From an uncultured Clostridia bacterium (GTDB taxonomy: Bacteria > Bacillota > Clostridia > TANB77 > CAG-508), in the NCBI GenBank assembly GCA_947630235.1, contig CANRGN010000004.1:3458-67457 (forward strand): DNA of 64,000 nt. The letters are read 5' to 3'. Position numbers and translations under genes: made by a program. The number at the start of each line of letters is the position of its first letter. Position 1 is the stretch's first letter. Positions 10,993 to 21,000 of this stretch are shown here, piece by piece. The notes under the pieces were generated by a model. The model saw only the letters and a list, made by a program, of their open reading frames with translations, was not told where the DNA came from and searched no databases.

Positions 10993-11760
10993 ATGGAATT
11001 GTTTGATTCACATGCTCATTATAATGATGAACGTTTTGAAACAGATATGGATGAAGTTATATTAAATAACTTTAATAATGGAGTAAAATACACAACCTGT
11101 GTTGGCTATAATCTAGAATCTAGTAAAAAGGCAATAGAAATTGCTAATAAATATGATAATATTTTTTGTACAGCGGGTATATCTCCAAATGATTTAAATG
11201 AAGATACTTTAGAAGAAATTAAGCAAATTGGAGAACTTGCAAAAAATAAAAAAATAGTAGCTATAGGAGAAATTGGGCTGGATTATTATTGGAATAAAGA
11301 TAATAAAGAATTTCAAAAACAAGTTTTTATTGAACAAATTAAGCTTGCAAATAAATTAAATTTACCTATAGCTATACATACTAGAGATGCAAGCATTGAT
11401 ACTATAGAAATTCTAAAAAATATTATGCCATGTAATAAAAAAGGAATTTTTCATTGTTGCCCATTAAATGTTGAGTTAATTAAAGAAGGAATTAAATTAG
11501 GATATTATATATCTTTTAGTGGAGTAGTGACTTTTAAAAATGCTAAACCAGAGTCTGCTATAAAACAAGTTCCGCTAGATAAAATACTTATAGAAACAGA
11601 TTCACCTTATTTAACGCCAGAACCTTTTAGAGGAAAAAGAAATGATCCTAGTAAAGTAGAATTTGTTGCTAGAAAAATTGCTGATATTTTAGAAAAAGAT
11701 TATGAAGAAATAGCTAGTATTACGTTAGAAAATGCTAAGAAAATTTATAATATTATTTAA
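10993..11760 (+). CDS. tatD: TatD-family metal-dependent hydrolase/DNase
   Basis: Motifs DSHAH, GEIGLDYYW, IHTRDA, FHCC and ETDSPYLTPEPFRGKRN. Confidence 0.9.
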   Translation: MELFDSHAHYNDERFETDMDEVILNNFNNGVKYTTCVGYNLESSKKAIEIANKYDNIFCTAGISPNDLNEDTLEEIKQIGELAKNKKIVAIGEIGLDYYWNKDNKEFQKQVFIEQIKLANKLNLPIAIHTRDASIDTIEILKNIMPCNKKGIFHCCPLNVELIKEGIKLGYYISFSGVVTFKNAKPESAIKQVPLDKILIETDSPYLTPEPFRGKRNDPSKVEFVARKIADILEKDYEEIASITLENAKKIYNII

Positions 11761-11894
11761 AATAAAAGTATTTATGCTGTAAATTCTTAGTAATAATGTT
11801 CAAATAATTTTTAATAAAAATAAGAATATTTATGTATTGTAATTTTTTATATATATGTTATAATAATTATATTATAAGATGGAGGTTTATAATT

Positions 11895-12446
11895 ATGGTA
11901 TGGGTTATATTAATTATTCTTGTTTTAATTATTGTAGCTATAATAGGAATATACAATGGATTAGTTGCTTCAAGAAATAGAGTAAAAAATGCATGGAGTC
12001 AAATTGATGTTCAATTACAAAGAAGGTTTGATTTAATACCAAATTTAGTTGAAACAGTTAAAGGATATATGAAACATGAAGAAGCTGTTTTAACTCAAGT
12101 TGCAGAACTTAGAACTGCATGGGCAAGAGCAGAAAAAGTTTCAGAAAAAGCAGAACTTAATAATCAATTATCAGGTGCATTAAAAACAATTATGGCAGTT
12201 TCAGAAAGTTATCCAGAATTAAAAGCTAATACAAACTTTTTGGAATTACAAGAAGAACTTAAAAATACTGAAAATAAAATTACTTATTCAAGACAATTCT
12301 ACAATGATACAGTTACAATGTATAATACTAAAATACAAACAATTCCTACAAATATTATAGCAGGAATGTTTGGTTTCACAGCAGAAGATTTATTTAAAGT
12401 TGATAGTGATGAAGTTAGAAAAAGTGTTAAAGTAGATTTTTCATAA
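11895..12446 (+). CDS. lemA: LemA family membrane protein
   Basis: RBS ggagg lies 9 nt before ATG 11895. An N-terminal TM helix is followed by NRVKNAWSQIDVQLQRRFDLIPNLVETVKGY, a typical LemA sequence. The longer ORF-track start has no RBS. Confidence 0.85.
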   Translation: MVWVILIILVLIIVAIIGIYNGLVASRNRVKNAWSQIDVQLQRRFDLIPNLVETVKGYMKHEEAVLTQVAELRTAWARAEKVSEKAELNNQLSGALKTIMAVSESYPELKANTNFLELQEELKNTENKITYSRQFYNDTVTMYNTKIQTIPTNIIAGMFGFTAEDLFKVDSDEVRKSVKVDFS

Positions 12447-12450
12447 AAAA

Positions 12451-12480
12451 ATTGAGGCGTTTGCCTCAATATTTTTTTTT
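12451..12480. terminator. Bidirectional intrinsic terminator between convergent lemA and the DUF84 NTPase gene
   Basis: attgaggc-gttt-gcctcaat hairpin with an A-run upstream and a T9 run downstream. Confidence 0.85.
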
Positions 12481-12502
12481 ACTATAAATAACTTTCTATA
12501 TC

Positions 12503-13039
12503 TTAAAAATTTAATTTTTTGAATTTTGAAGATATAGCACATACAATTGAATCAATAAATTCATCAGTTCTTGTATATGAACCATTTGTTAACAAACCAT
12601 TTGTTCCGATTTTACTCACTTCATCATCTGTATTTCCAACAAATTTTGCTACTACATCTGATAGTCTCTGTGATTTATTTATATTTGCTATAATTTCATC
12701 TGGCAATTTAACTTTTGCACTGCAACCATATAGATATTCTTTTGAAGCAACGTCATATATAACTGTCCATCCACAAAGAAAAGTACCATATTCGGATTTT
12801 GTTAAAATTCCTTCCATAGCTATATATAAATCACCATATTGATCTTGATTAATTGCATCATCTATACGATTTAAACAACCTTTTATTCCTTCATCGTCTC
12901 CAACAGGAGTTTCGGATACACCAGAATTAGTTTCCAATGATTTTATTTCAAAGTTATTGAAATATTCTCTCACAACAGCATTTACTGCATCATTTTTTGC
13001 TTTGTTTCTAGAACAAACTATTATTTTTTTATTTTGCAT
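12503..13039 (-). CDS. Non-canonical purine NTP phosphatase (YjjX/DUF84-like inosine/xanthosine triphosphatase)
   Basis: The pattern SGVSETPVGDDEGIKGCLNRIDDA ... GTNGLLTNGSYTR resembles E. coli YjjX (SGVPEQPFG..ETR.GA.NR ... GAIG..T.G.L.R). Confidence 0.6.
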   Translation of the reverse strand: MQNKKIIVCSRNKAKNDAVNAVVREYFNNFEIKSLETNSGVSETPVGDDEGIKGCLNRIDDAINQDQYGDLYIAMEGILTKSEYGTFLCGWTVIYDVASKEYLYGCSAKVKLPDEIIANINKSQRLSDVVAKFVGNTDDEVSKIGTNGLLTNGSYTRTDEFIDSIVCAISSKFKKLNF

Positions 13040-13187
13040 AATTTATCTCCCCATATTAAATTATTCTACAATTTAATTATTTCTCATTTTTTTACAAACA
13101 CATTATAACATTAAATTCTATTTTTTTCACTATTTTTATATATAATTCATTTTAGATTGGAGGTGAATTTTTTTAATAAAACTAACT

Positions 13188-13217
13188 GATGACTAGCACA
13201 AGTACTAGTCATCTTTT
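13188..13217 (+). terminator. Orphan intrinsic-terminator-like hairpin with no upstream + strand gene
   Basis: gatgactag-cacaagta-ctagtcatc followed by ttttatatt. Confidence 0.45.
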
Positions 13218-13402
13218 ATATTATTTTTATTACTTTCTAATACTATGATACTATATTTTATTTTGAAACTCAATTATTTATATACTAAAGTTTTAGGTTT
13301 TTATAGAGAATTAACATTATAAGTTAAATGTAATGAAAATTTAATAAAATTTTCAAAAATGTAGCCCCGTAAGTATTGATAAATAAACTTAAAATCAGGG
13401 TA

Positions 13403-13438
13403 TTAACAAACAAAGTTTTTTGTGGTATATGGTATAAT
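13403..13438 (+). promoter_or_regulatory. Sigma-A-type promoter of leader cassette A, with spacing disturbed by a 7-bp tandem duplication
   Basis: TTAACA (13403-08) is paired with TGgTATAAT (13433-38) at 24-nt spacing, or with TATATG (13426-31) at 17 nt. The paralogous copy at 62365-62393 has a clean 17-nt spacing. Confidence 0.55.
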
Positions 13439-13549
13439 AAAAGAGTAGGAATGTATTTTTTATAAAAAACTATAATTTTTTATTCTATATATAATGTTTT
13501 AAAGCAAAAAGCATAACAAAAGAAAATTTAGAAATACAAAGGAGAAATA

Positions 13550-13624
13550 ATGGAGTTAAAAATAATAATGGTTGAATCCCTTGTAGCTGTATATAGGGAT
13601 TGTTTTAAAATTAAAAGAATATAA
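13550..13624 (+). CDS. Leader mini-ORF A (24 aa, MELKIIMVESLVAVYRDCFKIKRI)
   Basis: RBS aaaggag lies 5 nt before the ATG. The ORF position, RBS and the E(S/T)LVAV core are shared with the copy at 62507. Its stop lies 7 nt before the terminator stem. Confidence 0.4.
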   Translation: MELKIIMVESLVAVYRDCFKIKRI

Positions 13625-13631
13625 AAATTCT

Positions 13632-13660
13632 GGTTAGGCAATATTGTCTAGCCTATTTTT
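13632..13660 (+). terminator. Intrinsic terminator of leader cassette A
   Basis: ggttaggc-aatatt-gtctagcc (8 bp including G-U pairs) followed by tattttt. It is conserved in cassette B. Confidence 0.65.
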
Positions 13661-13828
13661 GATGTTTTGAAATTTTAATTCATTATAGAAAAGCAATTCC
13701 ATTATATTACTTTGTTATTACAAATTGAAAATGATTATAAGAAGACTTAAAAATAGAGTTTTATTTTTATCAAGGGAAAGTCGAATTTTGTCAAATATAT
13801 AATTCAGATAAAAAGGAGGGAATATGAG

Positions 13829-14494
13829 ATGAAAAAGGTATTTTTAATAATATTTACGATATTGGTAGTTATTACACTTGTTTTTACTTTAAGAGAATGT
13901 AAAAACATTTTTGCATTTTATACTACGAATGATAAAATTACTAATTTTTTTAATGTAGGCCAAATAAGTGCAGAAGTAGAAGAACCAAATTATCAAGATA
14001 ATAAAGTTGTAAGACCAGGAGACGAAGTTGTAAAAGATCCAATATTATCTAATAATGGAAAAGTAGATAGTTATATAAGAGCTCAGGTATATGTCCCTAT
14101 ATCAGAAGAGATTAAATATGTAGATGAAAATGAAGAAATAGATGAGATAGAAAAAGAAATTGAGTTAGTATCTTATGATTTAAATGAAGGATGGGTTAAA
14201 GTAGAAGATAATAATTTTACTGGTTCATATGAAGATGGAAATGGCAATAAATATCATGTATATACCTATAAATATGTTAAGGATAATTTAGAAAAAATAA
14301 TAAAACCTGGAGAAAAAATAGAAAAGCCAGTATTTGATAAAGTGAAAATAATTAATTATTTAGATATGGATAAAGCAATAAATATAAAATTACATGTAAC
14401 AGCAATTGCAGTACAAGCAGAAGGAGGAACAGCAGAAGAAATGTGGTCATACTATATTAAGCAAAATGGAACTGGAATTGAAGGAGTGAAATAG
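13829..14494 (+). CDS. TasA/camelysin-like secreted protein with a SipW-cognate-type signal peptide
   Basis: RBS aaaggaggg. The N-terminus has an h-region plus FAFYTTND. The motif VVRPGDEVVKDPILSNNGKVDSYIRAQVYVP is shared by all six paralogues. Confidence 0.75.
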   Translation: MKKVFLIIFTILVVITLVFTLRECKNIFAFYTTNDKITNFFNVGQISAEVEEPNYQDNKVVRPGDEVVKDPILSNNGKVDSYIRAQVYVPISEEIKYVDENEEIDEIEKEIELVSYDLNEGWVKVEDNNFTGSYEDGNGNKYHVYTYKYVKDNLEKIIKPGEKIEKPVFDKVKIINYLDMDKAINIKLHVTAIAVQAEGGTAEEMWSYYIKQNGTGIEGVK

Positions 14495-15016
14495 ATGAAG
14501 AATAAAAATAAAATAAAAATTGTAATTATTGTAGCTATTATAATAATATTTATGTCTTTGGGAGTATATGGATATTTTATATATAAGAAGTCCGTAACGA
14601 ATAATATGGTTTTAGGGTATAACGATATAGAAGTTAATGAAAAGTATCAGCCACCATTGAAAATAGAAAAAGGTACAAGTTTTCAAAAAGAGCCTACTGT
14701 TACAAATAATGGAAATGTGGATTGTTATGTAAGGGTAAAATCTTTGGTATCAGATAGTAGAGTGGAGGATGGTTTAAGTATAGATTATGATAAAGAGAAT
14801 TATAAATATAATGAAGAAGATGGATACTATTATTATCAAAAAGTATTAAAACCAGGAGATACAACGGAGCCGTTATTTACAACAGTAGAGATATTAGAAA
14901 AAGCAAGTGATGATGTATTAAATGGATTTGAAATATATGTATATGCAGAATCAGTCCAAACAGTAAAAGATATGAATATGGAGCAAGTATGGAATTATTT
15001 TAATAAAACAGAGTAA
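14495..15016 (+). CDS. TasA/camelysin-like secreted protein (paralogue 2)
   Basis: The ATG abuts the previous stop (tagATG). Signal-anchor plus GYFIY, then EPTVTNNGNVDCYVRVK. Confidence 0.7.
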   Translation: MKNKNKIKIVIIVAIIIIFMSLGVYGYFIYKKSVTNNMVLGYNDIEVNEKYQPPLKIEKGTSFQKEPTVTNNGNVDCYVRVKSLVSDSRVEDGLSIDYDKENYKYNEEDGYYYYQKVLKPGDTTEPLFTTVEILEKASDDVLNGFEIYVYAESVQTVKDMNMEQVWNYFNKTE

Positions 15017-15053
15017 TAAAAAAATATTACAAAAGAAGGGAGGAAGAATACAT

Positions 15054-18000
15054 ATGAAAAATATAAAAGAAAAAATAAATAAAATTATTTCATTAGTATT
15101 AGTAATATTAATAATATTCACTTCGCTTCCATGGGATGTAATTGCGTATGATGATGGATTACTAAACAATAATATAGAGAAAGTAGAGAATTCAGATATA
15201 TTAAATATAAAAGAAGAGAGTTTACTAGATGCGGAAAATGAAAATGTAAATTCAAATATGATAGATATAGAGAATGATAGTGTCGATTTGAATTTGGCAG
15301 ATAAAGAGGTAGCAAATGATAATTCAAATTTATTAGATAAAGAGAATGTAACAGAAAATGATAATTTAAATACAAATATCATAGATGATGAACTATCTAA
15401 CGAAACAATCGAAAATAGCAATACAAATAATCAAGACACTAACCTAGAGGATAAAAATATAATAGATTCAGAAAATATATCAGCTAGCAACGAAAATAAC
15501 AATATAAGTGAAATGCCATCTGATAATATAGATGAAATTTTAAAATTAAACGTGGCTCAAAGTTCAAATACTGCTGATATACCAAATGAAATGGCAGGCA
15601 CAGGAGATGGATTTAAAGTACAATTACGTTGGGGTGGAACAACTGCCCCTAAGTATACGTGGAATTCAGAAAAAAGTGAGAAAAGAGTAATAAAGTTAAC
15701 ATTTTATTATCAAAATGAGGTAGCAAAAAAATCTTATAAAAAAGATGAAATAAAAGTAACTATACCTGGAATAGGAAAATTAAATAGATCAAGTATAATT
15801 AAAGCAACAGATATAGCAGCAGATGTATATGGAGCAACTGAATTAAAAAGAGATTGGTCTTATCAATATAATTCACAAACTGATACATATACTTTTTTTA
15901 ATAATAAAGAAATAGAAGCAGGTTCAACATTTAATGGTTCATTTGAAATGTTATGGCAATTTAGTTCAAGAGAATGCGTAAATGGATATGTTCAAAATTT
16001 AAAAGCCACATTAATAGATGGTGATAAAACTGTAGAAACACAAGAATTAACTTTGAATTATACATCAAAAAGAGATGAGTTTAATATAACAAAAACAGCA
16101 AAATCAATAACAAGTGCTGATGGTTTAAGTAAGTATGTAGAAGAAGGAAAAACTGTATCTGATTATGCATGGGTTCAATATACTTTTAAATATGGTTTAA
16201 AAAATGAATATTCAAGAGCTTTAAAAACAAGATATTTTATTGATACATTACCAGAAGGATGTGTTATTGCAAAAGATACAAATGTTATAAAAAATGAAGA
16301 TAAAACTGTAAGTTATAGAATAGATGAAAGTTCAGTATTAGAAGGTTCTACAAGAGAATATTCTATCATTGTTGGATATCCAGAAAGTTATATGGAGCGA
16401 ACAATGGATAATACAGTTTACTTATATGGAACATATAAAGATGAAACAGAGAATGTTTTACTAGATAAAAATACAGTTTCAGTACAACTTGAAAAAATAC
16501 AAGATCAATTAGTAGGAATTGTTCCAGGAAAAAATATGACTCCAGATTCAGTATATAAGGAAGCTTTAAATGGAGATATTAATTTTTCAGCTAGTTTAAC
16601 TGCAACTTCAACAGTGAGTTCAGAAAATAATGAGGAATATACTATAACTATAACAGATGATTTATTAGAAATATATAATGAGACAGATGATGAAGAAAAA
16701 TATACAAGATTAGATGATGACGAATATAAATTTACAAGTGTAACAGTTCCAGGAAAAAATAATTTTGTAAATGCAAATGGATATACAATTGCAGATGGAA
16801 ATTATACAGTAACTATAAAAGCATTATATAAAGATAATGTGAGTACAAGAGGTTTAGATAAATATGAAGAAGTATATAAAGGAGCTTGGGGAAAAGATAG
16901 TATAACTCAAACACTTGAAAAAGAAGCAGTAGCAATAAGAGTAGAGGTAAGTGGATTATTAGAAAGTATAAAATCTTTTAATGTAACTGTAAAAGGTGTT
17001 ATAAATGTAAGCGAAAATGTTAAAAATTCAGTATATTCAAATCCAAAACAAATTATAAACTATGATTTTGCAGAGTTATTGGATAAAGATGGAAAGTCAT
17101 TATCATATGAAATAGATTATTCAGATAAAAGAATAGAAGAAATAGATTCAAAAATTTACGGAAGAAAAGTATCAAGAAATAAAGATGTAATACAAATAAA
17201 AGAATATACTCCAGCTCCAGGAACATACTCAGCTCATGCTGATATAGAACCATTTAGAGTAGATGAAAATGTAGAGTATTTTACAACAACATTAAATTAT
17301 TCTGTTTCTGTAAATAACAAAGATAAAAAAGAAATAAAAGAAGTAGAAATATATGGAGTAACAGGAAAAGATGAATTAGAAACACTAATTGAAAAATTAA
17401 AATTAACTTATAGTGGTTTATCATTTAAAAATGCACTATCTAGTGATGTTGATATGATAGATTATTTAGAAGAAAAAGCAACTATAAATAAAAATGGAAA
17501 AGAAATATCAATAAAATTTGATTTTTCAGATAATCCAATTGTTTCAACTAATTTTTCATTAGGCTATAAAGTAGATGCAAGATTAAATTATGAAGAATAT
17601 TATAATTCAACAGATCCAACTTATAATATAACTACATATGCTTATTTAGATAATGGTGGTTTAAATGCTCAAAGTACAGGAACTTATAATTCAAAAATTA
17701 TGTCAACAGCTGTAGACTCAGAAAGTATATTATTAGCTTTAGCATCACATCAACAACTAATAAAAATGGTAAAAACAAAATACAGTGGAGAATTTGTACA
17801 AGAAGATGCGGTATCACCAGTGGATTCAGAATATACATATAGATTAAAATTAAGGAATGGTTATAATACTTTAGAGAAAACTGAATTTGTGGATATATTA
17901 GAGCATGCAGAATTAACAGTGGTTGACGGAGAAAATCCATATAAAGAATCAGAATGGTATGGAAAATTTAAAAATGTAGATACAAGTTATATTGAGTCTA

Positions 18001-21000
18001 AGAATTTAGTACCACAAGTTTATTATGCTAATTCAACTAATCCAAGTGAAAGTGACTGGAACCTAATGACCAAAAATGAAAATGGTATTTGGACAGCGGA
18101 AAATCAAGATGTAAAAGCAGTAAAAGTAAAAATAGAATCAGGTATTGCAGAAAATTCAATTGTATATGTAGATATTAATATGACATCTCCAAAAAATACA
18201 GAAGTAGATAAGAAAACATATAATACATATACAATATCTTGCGAAGCTGTAGATTTATATACAGGATTGAAATCAACATATATGAAAAATTTACCAAGTA
18301 ATGTTGTAGAGGTACGTTTAGTAGAAAAGGAATATAACTTAGTAATTACCAAAACAGATGCTACAAGTGGAAAAAAACTTGCAGGTGCAGTATTTGCAAT
18401 TTATGATGAAGATAAAGAAATAAAATTAGGAAATATTACAGGGATACTTGGAGATACAGTTATAAAAGGTTTAAAAGAAGGAACATATACAATAAAAGAA
18501 AAAGTAACACCATTAGGATATGAAACAATAGATGATTATACATTAACAATAAAAGATGGAAAGTATACATTAAAATGTGGAGAGAAAGTGTTACAAAGTG
18601 AAGTTCTAATAGATTTACAAGAAACTATACCAACAATTTCTATAATTATAGAAAATCACAAAAAAACTGGAAGTATAAAAATACATAAAATAGATGAATA
18701 TCTAACTTCAGAAAAAGAAGAAGTTCCATTAGAAGGAATTCAATTTGATTTATTGACAACAGATGGCAAGGTAATATATACAGATACAACAGATGAAAAT
18801 GGATATATTACTTTTCAAAATTTAGAATGGGGAAATACATATATAGTAAAAGAGAAAGAAAAACAAAACGGATATAAATTAGCATTAGAAAATGTATATT
18901 TAAGTAGATTAGTAATAGATAAAGAAGTTGATATAAAAAACATTAGGGAGACAGGCAGTGTAACACTTGTTAAACAAGATGAGTTAGATGAATCAATAAA
19001 ATTAGCGGGTGCAAAATATAAATTATATGCAGAAAAAGATATTTATGATAAGGACGGAAATATTTTGTATAATCAAGGTGATTACATACAAGAAGCAATA
19101 ACTAACGAACAAGGTGAAGTAACGTTTGATGAATTAATTTGGGGAGATTATTATTTACAAGAAAGCGAAACTGTATATGGTTATGACTTATCTGAAGAAA
19201 AATATTCTTTCACAATTAGTGCAGAAAATGTGGAAAACTCAATTCAATTTACAGAGAAAGAAAAAAGAAGTAAAGCTAAATTACAATTGATAAAAGTAGA
19301 CGAAGATGGTAGCTTTTTACCAGGAGCAGAATTTGGATTGTTTAAAGGAAATGGAGATGAAGATGGCGATCAGATAATAAATAGAAATGTGGAAACTGGG
19401 GAAGAAGAGTTAACATTCACATCTCCAGAAGCAACAGTGGATACATACGGATGGAAACAAAATGATGATGGAACATGGCAGAGTGAAAATTATAAAAAAA
19501 GTAATTCTACTGCAACAATGGTATCAAATGAATTTACATTAAAGTATGATGGAAAGATAAGTTTTGATTGGTCAGTATCATCTCAAGGAGTATCAAATGA
19601 TTACGTATATTATACAATTATAAGCGAAGATATTGAGAAATCAATAGGAGGAGAAGAAACTAAAATAGGAGGAACAACAAGAGGATATGGATATGACTCA
19701 TTAACGTATGATAGAGTAGTACTACAACTAGAAAAAGGAACATACAAAATAAAATTCATCTATAAAAAAGATGATTCATCAGATAGTTCGTTAGATAGTG
19801 CATATGTAAAAAATGCAAAAGTATCATATGAACAAATAGAAGAATTTCCAAATATTACGGATTCAAATGGATTGTTAAATATAGAAGGATTGGAATGGGG
19901 AGAATACTATATACAAGAAATAAAACCACCACAGGGGTATGTAATAGATAATGCAAAATATAGATTTTCAGTAAATAGGGAAACATTTAAAGATGGTCAT
20001 AAAGCTGTAACTACAGTATCAAATGTGATGACAGGTGAACAGATATCAAAAATAAAAAATACTAGAAAAAGGGGAAAAGCAACTCTAATAAAATATAGAT
20101 ATGATGAAGAAGGAAATGAAACAACAGAAGCATTAGAAGGAGCTGTATATGAGTTATATTCAGCAGATGGAAAAATAGTAAATACACAAACAGAAAATGG
20201 AGAAGCAGTAACTGAACATACAACGAATGAAGAGGGAAAAATAACAGTAGATAATCTAGATTGGGGAAGTTACTATTTCCAAGAAAAACAAGCACCGGAA
20301 GGATATAGTATATCTGATAAAAAGATAGCATTTGTAGTAAATGGTAAAAATGTAGATTTTGAACAACAATTGGTAGCATATGATAAACAAGAATCAGGAG
20401 AAATAAAAATAAACAAAACAATAAGTGCAGAAAGCATATATAATGGACATGGAAATGCAACATTTATATTCAAAATAGTAGGAAAAGATAAAAATGGTAT
20501 AGAAAAAATTGTACAATATAGAACAGTAACATTTACAGAACTAGATTTAGAAAATATTGATGAACATGGAAATATAACAAAAACTATAACAATGCAGGAT
20601 ATACAAGCATACACATACGAAATAACAGAGGAAGCAAATTATCGATATGAATTAGATGTAATAACACCTGGAAAAAATGCAAGTGTGGATGGTAACAAAG
20701 GAATAATAGATTTATCACAAGTTACAGAAAAAAAAGAGGGAGAAATAACTTTTTCAAATAACAAAAATAATAATAGCTTATTATCAGATAATGGATTAAT
20801 AACAAATTCAGTACAAAGTCAATATTACTTAATTGGTATATCTGCCGAACCAAAGAAAGATAATTATGAAGTTGGAAATGAGTTAACAGCTGAGGATTTT
20901 ATATATACACTATACTATTCAGGAGGACAAGAAGAAGTAAAAGAATTAAGAGAAGGAATAACTTTTAATGGAAAATCTACGTATTCAGAAGAACAAATAG

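Noticed and set aside
13440-13550. The cassette leaders (also 62395-62506) as a known riboswitch, T-box or c-di-GMP element, considered because c-di-GMP riboswitches precede sortase substrates in C. difficile.
   Set aside because: I see none of the conserved GC-rich cores of GEMM-I/II, the T-box specifier or T-box sequence, or other familiar motifs. The leaders are almost pure A/T. An Infernal/Rfam scan would still be needed to exclude this formally.
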